A DNA stretch of 35,112 nucleotides from NCBI GenBank assembly GCA_943704425.1, contig CALSCP010001577.1:1-35112 (forward strand), read 5' to 3'. A program made the translations under genes and the position numbers. Below are positions 1 to 15,200 of this stretch, in pieces (position 1 is the first letter of the stretch; every line of letters starts with the position of its first letter). The notes below the pieces were generated by a model. It did no database searches. It saw nothing but the letters and a program-made list of their open reading frames with translations, and was not told the origin of the DNA. The stretch is from Ministeria vibrans ATCC 50519. Its lineage: Eukaryota; Protista; Filasterea.

Positions 1-1506
1 CTCTTCACCGGCATGCGCGTTCCCGTCTACCGCATCCTCGACGAGCACTCTGAATGCGTCTTCGTTAGCCCGTCCTTCCATCTCCTCCATTGGAATCATA
101 TTGGCACCCCGTGCAAAGATATCCGCCCCATTAACCTAGAGAGAGGAGAGAGGAAAGAGGAGAGAGAAAGAGAGAGCGAGAGAGAGAGAGAGACAGAGAG
201 ACAGAGAGACAGAGAGACAGAGAGACAGAGAGAAGAGAGAGACAGAGAGATACAGAGTGAGACAAGGAGACAGAGACAGAAACAGAGAGAAACAAAGTGA
301 TAGGAGAGAAGAGGAAGAAGATTCAAAGTGATAGAGAGAAAGAGTAGAAAGCAACAGAAGAGAGAAAAACAGTGTGCGTTATTAGTTTTGTAGAGAGAAA
401 GAAAGAGAGTGAGAAGAGAGTTTTTTTGTACTTTGTAGCGCATTGTGAAATCTCCTGACCCATTTTGACCAGCGGATTCTTCGGGATTTGTATCATTGAC
501 AGTGACCAAATAAGCAGTGCGAAAGCCAATGCGACGAGAATCAACAAGAGAGGCTGGAGCAGAGTAAAGATAAACATTGGAGGTATGATTGAGAAAACTC
601 TTTGCATGCAGGGTTAGGATTAGGGCCACACTCGGCATCAGGGATAAAATTGATACCCTTTGAGTTGTGTGGAGTGTAGGAGACGGTGACATTGTACATG
701 GGCTGGCGACCCACTCCCGAGGGCCACCAAAGACTGATGACGTGTCCGTCTGCTGTCAAATTAGCACTCGCAATGTTTTCACCGCTCTACAGACAAGTAT
801 TAATCAAGAAGACATACTTGGATATACTTATTATTAAAATATGTTACTTTGAGAGTGACAGTCTGATCGACACAAAGGTCCGATTGCCACGAACCACAGA
901 CACGAAGAGAGCCTTGTGATGAAGCAGAAAGAGGCGAGTACAGATACACCCGCACAGTCACCTAGTCAACACACAGGGAGAGAAATAGAGAGAGAGGAAC
1001 GAGTGAGTGAATTTTGTGTTTGGATGACAGGGGTTTGTTTACGAGAAAGTCAGCGTGGCTGTGCTCGACAAGGGGCTCTGTTGGGTAAGCGCCGGTGTAA
1101 AAGACGTGAGGAACAAGATGCGTGAGCGCTGCAGACACCACTGGGACCACATAGACTGCCTTCCAGATGCCTAACGAGCAAAAACAGAAAGTGGGAAAAG
1201 TGCTCTGTCTCTCTCTATCACTTTGTTTCTTGTTTCTTTCTCCCTCCTCTCTCTATCACTTTTTTTCTTTCTCCCTCCTCTCTTCTCTCTATCACTTTGT
1301 TTCTCTCTCTATCACTTTGCTTCTTTCTCCCTTCTCTCTCTCTCACTTTGTTTCTTTCTCCTCTCTCCTCTTTCGCTTTCTCCCTTCTTTATCACTTTGT
1401 TTTTTCTCACTCTTGNNNNNNNNNNNNNNNNNNNNNNNNNNNNNNNNNNNNNNNNNNNNNNNNNNNNNNNNNNNNNNNNNNNNNNNNNNNNNNNNNNNNN
1501 NNNNNN

Positions 1507-1597
<91 letters not shown>

Positions 1598-2459
1598 TGC
1601 TCTACCTTTCGACATGGTTTGCGCCTTGTGTTGATCAAAGGTATCAGTGTACGGCGCCCAGTCCCAGCCACCGGTGCAGGCCTAGTAGGACAACTTATGA
1701 GTGAGTGCCTTGCATGGCCCAATCGAAATCGTTCTACGGTGTACCATGAAGCGGCCATCGCAGTCAATGTCGTTTGTCAGAGGGAACTCTACTTCAAGAT
1801 GGTTGTCGCCCACGCGAGCAGCCGCCTTGATGGGGAACTGATAGCGGAGAAACTGGTCGTTTGCAATGCCCAGACTGACACCGTTGAGGGCAATGCGCGC
1901 GCCCATCTTGATGCCGTCGAACACGAGCAGAAGCTCGTCGGCTGCCGAGTAGTCTGCGCTGTTCAGAGCAAAGGTGGTCTTGTACGTCCACACATGTCCA
2001 TTCCATAAGTCAGAGTGGACCAGGAAGCTTTGAAAAGTAAAAGAAGAGTTGGACCACAAACAATGCGATTTTTTTAAGAGCGTACTTGTTGTCTGTCAGC
2101 GGATCTTTGATCATCCCTGCTGTCTGCAAGTCGGTCAATAGATCACCAGGGACCTACCGGAGGTTCGTGAGCGAGTGAGTTGGAGTGAGTTGGAGTGTGT
2201 GAGGCAGTGCGCGAAAGGGATGAGTTCACACAGCCGGAAAAGCAGCAGTGCCTCCGGCAACAAGCCATTTTGCGCGCACCTTGGCAGGAATTGTTGTTCC
2301 ACTGTGGTCCATGGTTGCTGTCCACGGACGATCGCTCACGAGGACAAGTCCATTGCCGACAATTGGGTTATCTGTGAGACCCACTCCAAAAACTAGCGCA
2401 GGCAGCGCCAGCGCAACGATCAGAGCCGAAAAGGCCTTATTGGTTAGAACAGAGTGCAT
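1..2459 (-). CDS. Secreted glycoside hydrolase family 2, beta-mannosidase-like; multi-exon, 3' end runs off the window start
   Basis: Signal peptide MHSVLTNKAFSALIVALALPALVFG. Manually spliced exons (approx. 2459-2280, 2153-2086, 2030-1745, 1682-1607, 1170-1043, 962-849, 787-657, 556-433, 136-) give VPGDLLTDL, LVFDGIKM..IALNG, GWDWAP, SKGIWKAV, LWWPSGVGRQPMY, RRIGFRT and VNGADIFARGANMIP, the ordered motifs of GH2 beta-mannosidases. All junctions are GT-AG. Confidence 0.85.
1416..1592. repeat. Assembly gap (N 1416-1505) followed by (TC)n microsatellite in an intron
   Basis: Directly visible. Confidence 0.95.
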
Positions 2460-3002
2460 TGTGAAGAGGCAAAGGCTGTGAATATGTTTATTATGTGTAA
2501 TAAACAGAGAATACGTCGAACGTCGTAATCACATGAAATTCATCTCAACAGTCATTATTTTATCTTATCCCTCTCCAAAGTAGCCACGGAGTGCTTGCCA
2601 TCTACCAGGCAAAAGGTACGTTGCGACGCGACTTGGTGGCGTTGCTTCGTTTGGGGTTGATGACGAGAGGGTTTTTTATTTTTGGTCGATAACCAACCCT
2701 GAGGTGAAAATGCGTGCGAACGACGCCGCTCTTGGCTTGTGGAGCACTGGACCACCGCAGTGGAGTGTGTTGGGTTGCTTTCAACGCGCTTTATACGTCC
2801 AACCTCGACTGTTTTCTTTTTTTTTTTNNNNNNNNNNATATATAAAGAAAATATAAGAAAGTCTAAAGATAGTGCGGCGGTTTTTGAACGCAATAACGGG
2901 CATAGCTGTGATGGACAGTGCGACTTACGATGGGTACGTACGGCGTGTAGGTGATTCTAACGGTCGAGACGTGATTGGACGTGGACAGAGCGAACTACTG
3001 CA

Positions 3003-5889
<2,887 letters not shown>

Positions 5890-5973
5890 CAGCACTCACA
5901 TGACTCATTGGAATACACGTCTCGTTTATTTTCTTCTCTTTGATGACTCCCTCTCTCTCTTCCCATCCTCGCC

Positions 5974-6869
5974 TTATTGTTGTTGTTGTTGTTGTTCTAC
6001 TGTACATACTCCGGTGCGCACTGCACGCACAATGTTTCTGCGTTGCTCCGCATGGAACAGATCGCGCAGTCGCGTTTCGCTCAGTTGCGCTAGATTTTCA
6101 ATGTCCACTAGTCGCTCTTTGCCGCCCAGGAGCGCCGCAACACGCGCCTTTTCGGCCGCAAATGGAAGTGCATTGAGCAAATCAATAAGTTGATCACAAC
6201 GCAATCGGCAATTTCCCTTGGCAACCACTGCGCACGCGTCCAGACGACTTTGTGGTCCTGTCGCCCGTTTCACCGCTCGAATCGTCTGCTCAAGCTCGGC
6301 TGGAGACAGCACTGCAGTGTCGAACAGCGTCTCGTTAGTAGTAGCAGCAACAGCACCACCACCACCACCACCAGCAGCAGCAGTAGCAGCAGGAGGGGCC
6401 GTAGGAGAGACCCCAGTGGAGGTTCCACCAGACGGTGGTCCACCCTCCGAACTTGTTTGTTCTGTACACGTCGCTTTTCTTTTCGCTGACGACGGCACAG
6501 TCGCGCCTTTCAGCACCGCCTTGTGTTCTTCTCGTAGGCGACCCAGTCGAGTGAGAAGGAGCGCCACTTGCTCCTCCTGAGCGCGCTCCGACACTTCGAG
6601 TTCTAAGACAATTTTTCAACATGACTTTGGCAGGAGAGGAAAAGTGTCAAAATACCGTCTAGACGTTGAGCCAAACGATTCTGGGCGTCGGCCAATGTCT
6701 GCTCCGCCTGCTTTGCTGACCCCCGTCGATCGCCTGACAGCGTTTTCAGGTCATCCTCAATGAGATGCGATGCGTTCTTTGCTTCTCGCTCGGCATCCTC
6801 TTCCTTCTCGCCTTCAAGTGTGTGATTCAACGGAATAGACGCTTCTTCGTGCTCGCAGTCGTCCGACAT
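5974..6869 (-). CDS. Hypothetical protein: N-terminal coiled coil and C-terminal DUF4476-like helical domain; 2 exons (6869-6656, 6602-5974)
   Basis: A 53-nt phase-1 GT-AG intron joins ORFs 6603..6869 and 5974..6594 in frame. The C-terminal LSPAELEQTIRAVKRA..SRLDAC..GNCRLRCDQLIDLLNALPFAAEKARVA..LVDIENL resembles the DUF4476 pattern as I recall it. Confidence 0.6.
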
Positions 6870-7137
6870 GGATAAATTTCCGAGAAAGACTGATCAATCA
6901 TCAATCGCAAACCGACTGATCAGTCGTTTGGCAGTTTGTTCCGACTCGTTTCGCAGCTTTTTGAAGAAAAGTGACCCTGGACGAGGTAAAAGTGTGCCAC
7001 TGAGGCACTGACCAGAGTGGTAAATCTGGTGGTATTGTGCGGTGTAAGTAAATGATTCGCGAATTTGGTTGAAATTTGAATCATTCAACTGAACTATTTT
7101 TTTCACAAATCACACTCACTCATTTCTGGAATTTGCC

Positions 7138-8159
7138 ATGGAGGAAGCTCTTCGAGAGGCAGCGTGCAATGGAGACGATGCAATGTTGTCACACCTGTTG
7201 CAGAGCGGTGTCAGTGTCAATTCGCAGCATGCGATCAACAAGAGGTGCGCATGGAATCGTCGCGACTCTGTTTGCGTTTTGACACCTCGCAATATGCTTC
7301 TAGGACGGCCCTGCACTGGGCTGTGAAACGGAAGCATCGGCGCTGCGTGGAAGTCCTGCTGCAGCACTTTGCCGACACAACGCTAAAGGATAGCAATGGC
7401 CTGACGCCGCGCGACTACACTGACTCGTCCGCCGAAATTCTCGCACTGCTCGGAGTCGCTGCGGCCGACTCGTCCGCCGACGACGGTGCTGGTGACGATG
7501 CCAACGACGACAAGTACGTCCCCAACTACTTGCGCCACCCGGAATTCCCCTATACGTCCACAGAGACTCCTGCACAGCGTGTGGCGCGTCTCAAGCTGGA
7601 AGAAGACACGCGAAACGCAGCAGCGACAGGAACAGGGACCGGACCAAGTGCCACCTCCAGTACGGTAGCATCGTCAACAACAGCGACAACAACTGCGACG
7701 AATGGCATACACTCACACACCCAACTGAGTGCGCGTGTCCCGCCCGTCGTGGCCACAACATCACAGCACGACAACGAGCTTGCCGAGCCCCATACGAACG
7801 CACAGCCCCTGCTCCCCAGCACGACCACACAGCAACACGGCAAGCAACACACCCACCACCACCGTCATGTGGACAGCCCGGCCATCTCCCACCTGCAATC
7901 AACCTACACGTTTGCCCAGCGCCGCAGCGCCCGTCGCATCTTCTTGCGCTCGCGCCACAACCTCAGCGGCACCCTCGCTGTGCCTGTCTTCGAAGAGGAC
8001 ACCATGGAACAGCTCATCCAACGCATCCGCATCTACACGGGCCACACCGCCATTTCGGGCCTGCGTCTCTCGCTTCACCCGCCTCCATGCCCCGTTCCCG
8101 TCATCCTCGATCCATGCCTTCTGCGCGACAATGACTACGTCGACATCATCATTCAATAA
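7138..8159 (+). CDS. ANKRD40: Ankyrin repeat domain-containing protein 40-like; 2 exons (intron approx. 7245-7302)
   Basis: Spliced MEEALREAACNGD..LLQSGVSVNSQHAINKRTALHWAVKRKH..VEVLLQHFAD, then an acidic stretch and YVPNYLRHPEFPY, matching the ANKRD40 signature (LREAA..GVDVNSQ..LHWA.KR..FVPNYL.NP.FP). Confidence 0.8.
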
Positions 8160-8280
8160 TTCAATAACAAGAACAAGAATAGAAAAAATGAAAAATAGAT
8201 TAATCAAATAAAATATAAATAAAAAGTTATATTATTATTATTATTATTAATGTTATTATAGTATACAAGTAAGTGCGGTC

Positions 8281-9451
8281 TCAGACGACCTTGTGGAAGA
8301 GACGAGGTACACTTGTGTTGCGGACGGACGCGCGATGAACACGCATCTCGCCCGTCTTGTAGTCGTACAGCTCCTGCCGCACAACCTGTGCTGTCTCCTC
8401 GTTCATCATCACCAGGGCATGGCTGCCCCCATCGCTCAGTCTGCTTGCATCGCCACACGACACTGTGTGATCCAGTGTCACCGTTGTGTGAAAACGCACC
8501 GTCTTGTGAGGCTCCTCATCCTCCTCATTGCCTGTCTCCTCCTCATTGCCTGCCTCCTCCTCATTGCCTTCCTCCTCCTCCAGCGTAGTCTCCCTGCTCA
8601 TGTTGTGCCCACTGTTGCTCTTGTGTCGACTCAAAACCACATGACTAAAGGAGCCGCTGTCACTGGAGCAGCTGCGAGTGCGTCGCACGCGTGTTCGCGT
8701 GGCGTTCGTCGCGAACCGCCCATACGCCGATCGTGCACGTCGCAGAATGCCCTTGAGTCCTCCTTTCGCCGAGGGTTTAGCAGTTGCACTCTGCACGACT
8801 TTCATCCCATCATCTAATACGCCAGGCTCCACTGCGTCTGGCTCGCCCGAGTCGCTCTGTGCCGCCCAGCCAACAGCCACAATGCGCGGGTTCCATTCAC
8901 GACTGTCGCGACAACTCACGGAATCATCCACGTCGCTGTCAGTGCCGACGCTACTCTTTCGACCACCACAACCGCTTGAAGGGGTGTTTGATGCGAGCAC
9001 CGGCGAGAAAATACCAAAGGGTGAGGTGATGTGAGAACAATGGTGGTTGTAGTCGCTGCGGTTGTCTCGGTTCTCGGTAGAAGAACCGTCGTTGAGGAAC
9101 GTAGATCTCTGTGGAGGCCAAGTGGAATAGCTGTATCGACGATAGGGTGTCTCGCTGGAGCTCGACGACGCCGGCATCGGGAGCATATCGTGGACACTGG
9201 AGAAGGACCGAGAACGCGTGATCGGAGGCGAGCTCACTTCGGAAAAGGAACATTGCGATGCGCTCTCCACCACATCGAGCGAGCTGCCGCCTGACACCAC
9301 CGAGCACACACCCCCACCGCCACTGGTGCCGCTACTGCTGCAAATGCTACCGCCCCAGGGCCAGCCGATGGATGAGTCGCTGGAGAGCGGCCGAACCGCA
9401 GTCGTATGCCGTTCCCGCGCGGATTCTCGCACTCCGGACCTCGTCGACGAC
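8281..9451 (-). CDS. Ser-rich disordered protein with a C-terminal Phactr/Bni4-type PP1-binding domain; 5' exon not resolved
   Basis: 383-aa open frame preceded by a TAG acceptor near 9452. C-terminus KTVRF..VRQELYDYKTGEMRVHRASVRNT resembles Phactr ILIRF..[23 protein letters not shown]. Confidence 0.6.
8515..8580. repeat. Coding 18-bp tandem repeat (about 3 copies, core CTCCTCATTGCC) encoding EEExGN
   Basis: Visible in the DNA and in the protein as EEEEGNEEEAGNEEETGNEEDEE. Confidence 0.8.
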
Positions 9452-10303
9452 TATTAAGGCACACACACACATAACACAGAGACATGCACACGTCAGCATT
9501 CGGCAGGCAAATACAGAGAGTTGGGAAGAGCAAACATACAGAATGTTATCGGAAGAAAAAAAAAAAGCAACGAAAAAACGAGAAACCAAAAAAGGGCAAC
9601 AGCCCTGGCGGGAAACGGTCGGAGATAAGCATCATGGAGCATATGAGAGGCAGGATCGGGCTGGAATGCGGTCGTGCAAGGCGGAGGAAGGCGAGTGCGG
9701 TTTTGCTCAGTGATAAACCAGCACCTCCGAAAACGAACGAATTCTCGTCCCGTCTTGCCGCGAACATCCACAACATACACCATTGTGTAGCAGTACGGCA
9801 AAATATCGCGAAATCACGACCGGATTTCAGTTTCCATCGCTTCTTTTTTTTTTCTTTTTTTTTTTTGCTTCCGTTTCTCTTTCACCTCATCATCATCAAC
9901 GTCGACCGTCTTCGCTCTACTCAGTGATATTGATGTCGCAGAGATCATGGCGCGACGGGAGGGCAGAGGAAAAGAGTGCAGTGAGTGCAGTGAGTGATAT
10001 GTGATATTTCGCTTCCCCTGTGAGTGACTCAATGCGCGTCCTTCCGTTCGGTGACTGAATCACTGTCTCGCTCAGCAGTCAACCTCTCTGGCCCTGCCTG
10101 GTCACCCTGGTGTCTCATTTTTTCGCTCCCTCTCGACGCTCCTGTTAATTGTTATCCCTGTAGCTCAGGAATGTTTCATGTTTGTGCTATTTATTTCTTC
10201 TGTCTTCATTATTTAATAATAATAATTATTATTATTATTAATTTAACATTTGCATTTTGTTGGACGTCTGAGGGCCGATTTACCGCTACTGTCCGTGTGT
10301 GTG

Positions 10304-10341
<38 letters not shown>

Positions 10342-10386
10342 CGTCTGCTTGTGTGTGGTGCTGAAGATTGACATTGAATTTTTCTC

Positions 10387-10893
10387 ATGAAACGAACGAG
10401 AGGCGATTCGGAGAGCGAAGAAGAAACACAGGGAAAACGCACTCGTCCCCGACGCGACCAAGTGTCTGGGACAGTGTCACCTGACAGTCTTAAAGCTGTG
10501 AAGGACGCGCCGAACGAAGAAGTGCTCTCAGAAGACGAATTGTTGACAAGGAGAAAATTTGAAAATGGCGCTCGCTCCAAAAGTGATGTTGGAGGCGGTA
10601 CAAGCGACCGTCGTCACAAAGGGGCTGCTCCAGAGAGTGTCAACAACAGCGATGAAGATGACGACAGCGCCGGGTACGGTCTGAATGAGGATGCCGTTGG
10701 CTATGCGGCGGCAACGGACAAGTTGCGCGACTTGCGCCGACGCAAACGCGCCGACCAGCTGCGTGCGTGTCGCGAACGCGAAATTGCCGAGTCGCGGTCG
10801 TCTCGCTATCTTCGACGTCAAGGGTTGGTGCAGGCCGCTCCGAAGAACACAAAGCAAATCCGGTGGAGATCTCCTTTGGAGACAGACACCTGA
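10387..10893 (+). CDS. Hypothetical charged, probably nuclear protein (168 aa)
   Basis: Clean ATG-to-stop ORF with coding-like composition, NLS-like KRTR..KRTRPRR and LRRRKR, and C-terminal KQIRW. No family recognised. Confidence 0.55.
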   Translation: MKRTRGDSESEEETQGKRTRPRRDQVSGTVSPDSLKAVKDAPNEEVLSEDELLTRRKFENGARSKSDVGGGTSDRRHKGAAPESVNNSDEDDDSAGYGLNEDAVGYAAATDKLRDLRRRKRADQLRACREREIAESRSSRYLRRQGLVQAAPKNTKQIRWRSPLETDT

Positions 10894-11102
10894 GGCGACG
10901 GCTATCACACGTTCACGGCGCGCCTTCATTCAAGACCTGGCTTTCCCACGTATCTAACTTCTAAAACGTAACCCCTCAGCGACCAGCGTATGGACAGTAG
11001 CGCACTTTTCATTTTGGCTGTAGACGTACACACGTTTCAAAAATTATCGGACTACGAAAATAATTAATAGAGAATCGAGAGCTGTACTCCTCAATGTCAA
11101 AA

Positions 11103-12087
11103 CTAGAGTGCATACAAAACAAAGAGCAGCACAATACTTCCGCCGTAGACTTCAAGACGAGAAGGTCCAGAAAGAAGCCTATAGACCCACTGATGCACCC
11201 ATGAGAAGAATGTACGGAGGCACAGGTAGACCCTGTACACGGCAGTCCCCAGTGCACCATTGCAGCGCCACTCAGGCTCAATGCGCCGGAGAGCCTTCGA
11301 AAGGGAACGGGAGAACTGGCTGCCAACGTTCACAAGACACTGACGTGTCTCAGAGATGGCAGCGGTGAGAGTGGTCCTCACCGCAGGGGCAGTCTGGCGT
11401 ATACGGGGTTCCGGCGAGTGAGAGCATCGGGCGAATGTGCACGCGCGTGCGCTCGCCACCCGGCGTGTACGTACGATATATATTTACACGCTTCTTGGAC
11501 AATTTTGAGGAGCTGGTTCAGCCGGGGCCGCGTCACCTCTAGCTGGCAAAGAGGAGAGGGGTAAGTGTTGGGTGGCCGTGGCGCCCGGCTGTTCCCCCTG
11601 GCTGGGTGTTAACACACAGTGCATCTTTGTGTTCGATCACCCGTATTGTCCTTGCAGTGGCTGCTGGCGACGGGTTAGCTGCTGTGGCCTGTGCGGGCGG
11701 CGTGTTGAGTACGGAGGGCGGTGATGATCGTGAATATTGACAGAATATTGACAGTGGAGTGGGGGGGGTGGTGATTTCGATGTGATGGTGAAGTGGTGGA
11801 CGCCTCGCGGGCGCTTCGTGCAGCCGTCGCCGCATTGGAGATACATGACAGCAAGCCAGCTATGAGGTGGTAGAGGCGAGAGGCGGCCTCAAGCAGGCAC
11901 ATGCCCGTACGAAGTGCAGAAGTGGGGGCTTTGGGCGAGTCTTCCACAAAGCAGTGTGCGGCTGATCTTGTGTGGGCTTGTCGAGTGTGATGTATTCGAT
12001 TGGTCGACGACTCACTCGACGTAGGTGGGTGGTGCTGAGGGCATAGTCCATGTGGCTGAGGATCATGGCGAGAAAAGTGAAAGACAT
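11103..12087 (-). CDS. Hypothetical multi-exon protein, possibly with a C-terminal membrane anchor
   Basis: A 51-nt GT-AG intron (11910-11860) joins ORFs 11860..12120 and 11539..11835 in frame. Downstream junctions are ambiguous. One solution ends ..GGSIVLLFVLYAL*. Confidence 0.35.
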
Positions 12088-12255
12088 TGCCTTGAAGCAG
12101 ACTAATTGCTCATACTTCACAATTATTTATTCTACTGTGTTCTAGACACCTTTCTTCTTGTCGCTCTCCTTTCGCCGTACCCCTTTTCTCGCACCCACTT
12201 TGCGCTTCGGGGGCTCCTTTCAAAGTGTTTTGTTCCCGTGTAGCCCGCCTGCGTC

Positions 12256-15200
12256 ATGTTGGGGATGCGTTTGGCTGCTGTGGTTTGTACCGTCTGGCTG
12301 ACCACTTTTTCATCTTTTGTGACGTCTGCACATCAAACGTGCCAGAGTGCAAATTGCACCGTGCTCGAGGGCGATCTTTACTTCAACGAGTCTTCGTACG
12401 TCGCTGCTGACTGGTCCTGGCTTGCGGCGGTGCAGGAGATCCGCGGCACCGTACTCTGGCAATCTTCGTCATTTCCTCCCCTTCCCTCGCTCCTCAACAT
12501 CACCGGCGATCTCCTTATCAGCAACAACCTCTATGCACACACTGCTCGTCTGCCGCCCAATCTCGTCTGGATTGGTGGCGATTTTGCCGTTTTTCAAAAC
12601 GACAACCTTGGAGTCCTTGTGGGCAATTCACACCTTCGCGTCGGACGCTCGCTCCTCGTCCACAACAACCCGCAGCTGGCTTCGCTGGGCTCCCTCGTTG
12701 GCCTGCCCTCCGCGGTGGCGGGAAACGTCTCGATTTGCGGTAATCCAGCGCTGTGTGTCGCACTTGCAAGTAGCGACACAGTTCGGATTACGGGCAACGC
12801 TCCTCTGATGGACTCAGGCACTGCCAGTTCCGCTGTTGCCTGCTCCCTGGCGACCCTCTCAACCATACAACAATATATGGCTGCGAGCACCACCAGCGCT
12901 AGCGCCAGCGACGATCTGTGCCTGGCACTCTCCAACACCGTTCAGCCGCTGGTTAACTTAGCGAGGCCGTCACCACGCCTCTGGATGAGCGCCTCCGACC
13001 CTCTTGTTGCATCACACACCATTAGCGGCACCTTTGACACACTTTCTTGGTGCGCAGTTGACGTGTCGCTTGCCACAACGGCAACGCGACAGCTGGGTTT
13101 ATTCATTGGTACCGCTCAGCTGAGCACCATTCCTGTGCTGGTCGCACCTGCCGCAGTGCGTCTTGTCACACGTCTCGTCCGCCTCCGTCAAAACACACGT
13201 CAAGACAAGCTCGTGTGCTCAACTCCGTTTCTGTCGGGCACCGCCTTCAGCGCAGCCAACTCTACCTGTGACGCTGTGCTTTCGCACACCGGTCTCTTTG
13301 CCACGCCAAATCTCACCGCCGCTCTGTCTCAGGCCCAGGCTCACGCCTACATCAACGCCTCAACAGCACTCTTGGGGAACAGCGTTGCAGAGACGGTGCT
13401 GCCTTCTTTGGTGGTTTTGGGCGGCTTTGGCGCAAGTGTATTCGCCGACGATGCGACGTCGTATGCCCAGGGAGCAGACATAATCAGTGCTCTCTACGCC
13501 CGTCAGGTGACTGCGGCGGTCCAAGCGTCTCTGGGCAATGCCGACTCCATTTCAAATCTATTGGAGCGCGGCACACAGGACGTGCCACCCTATCTGCCCG
13601 TCCCGCTTGTCGACTCGCCTATCGCCGTCTTCACCATGAACGCGATGCAGCCACTGGTCCCGTCACCCCCGGTGACCGTCGTGCTTCAGCACGGTCTTTC
13701 CGCCCCTACCGTTACCAACACAAGCACGACGCTCCTTTCGCGCGTCTGCATGACTCGTCCACTCAACGACACCACCGTGCGCTGGCAGCTTGGTACGTGT
13801 CTCACCCTCCCCTCCCCCTCCACCACCACCACCACCACCAGCTGTGTGTGTCCCGCCGGCCTCACCGCCAACACTGCCGTCGCCGTTGTCGTCACCTACA
13901 CCACGCCAACGCCCCCATTCAGTGTGTACAGTCTCTTCCACACACCCGCCACTCTGCGTGCCTTCGCGATTCTCTTCTATGGCTCTATTGCCAACATGGT
14001 CTTTTTTGCGCTTGTCTTCCTCACGTACGCCTTCCTCTGGCGTCTACGCACCCGTCCCATGTCGTACATCATGGACTTGTGTATTGCCCTGATCGGCGTC
14101 AACGGCTACCTCCTCTGGGGTTTCGAGGGCAGCTTCGACACCCTCCGTTGCACCACCAGCTGTCTCCTCGGCTACTACTTTGTCATGGTGGTGCTCGGCC
14201 GTCTCGCCCACATTGCCATCGTCTTCTACCGTGGTATTGTCTCCCTTGAAGCCGACCACTCTTCCAAGCCCATGTGGCGCATTATGATGCCTCTCTGGCT
14301 CATTGTACTCGTGCCCACAGCCCTTCTGGCCATTCTCAATGCGACCGTCTCGGGTGGCATTGGTCTGGGCAGTGCCTACGTGTGCTTCCTGTCGCGCACC
14401 CTTGTCCAGCGCATCGGCTTCATCCTTCCCGCGGGCCTTCTTCTATCCTTCAGCGTCTTGTGCTTCTCTTTCACCCTCTTCTCGCTCAGTCGCCACCGAA
14501 AGATCGCCACCGGCAAGACAGTCAGTCTGCGCCAACACGTGCTCATCATTCTCGCGCTTGCTCTGGTGCTTTCCGTCACTTGGATAGCCGCCTGTGTGCT
14601 CATTTCCACCCTCAACTACGTCGTTTTCTCCATCTTTGTCTGCTTTAATGCCACCCAGGGCATAGGGATCTTCCTCATTTACGTTGCACGCGCCCGTGTT
14701 CTCCAGGAACTACGTTGCTCGCTGTTCAATCATCCCCGCAACACGACGACCACCAGCACGAGTGAGAGCCCCTCTGTCGCGCGCTCCCGACGCGCCGCCG
14801 CCCGCGACGTGCGCGTGCGCGACTCCGTCTCACTTGACTCCCCTCCCCCCATTGCCGCCTCCGCCGCTCACAACAACAACAACACCACCACCACCACCAC
14901 CACTGTCACATTCACACCAAAAATTTCCCCAAATCTGGACGATTCGGGGGGCTTCTCCGACCAAGACCTTGCTTCCGCCGTCTCGCCCGACTCAAGTGTC
15001 GTGGTGGCACATCTTCCTGACTTCATGGCCACTCCTGCTGTCGCTGATGGCTTTAGCGCGGCTGACATGGAGCTGCAGCCCCTGTCCATGTCGGCTGACC
15101 ACAGCGACAGCGACGACGATTTCCTTGCCACCTCTCCTCCGCCCCGCTCCGTGCCCCTTCGCAAAGCTTACATCCAATATAGTCTGCCGGAGCTCTCCTC

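Noticed and set aside
605-625. AGGGTTAGGATTAGGG telomere-like repeat
   Set aside because: Only about 2.5 degenerate units, inside an intron.
1207-1400. CTCTATCACT resemblance to a tet operator half-site
   Set aside because: Not palindromic. It is part of the intronic dispersed repeat in a eukaryote.
2575-2705. Spliced-leader or snRNA-like arrangement: AAG|GTACG donor, GCGACGC/GCGTTGC stem, Sm-like ATTTTTGG, plus TGATGA..CTGA boxes
   Set aside because: More simply read as a 5'UTR exon/intron of S6K (CTAAC branch point and CAG acceptor near 2957-2988). The C-to-D spacing is too short and I see no match to known snRNA sequences.
10146-10172. CCCTGTAGCTCAG (tRNA 5'-like) and AATTGTTATCC (lacO-like)
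   Set aside because: No D-loop GG, anticodon arm or TTC-containing T arm follows. The short matches are coincidental.
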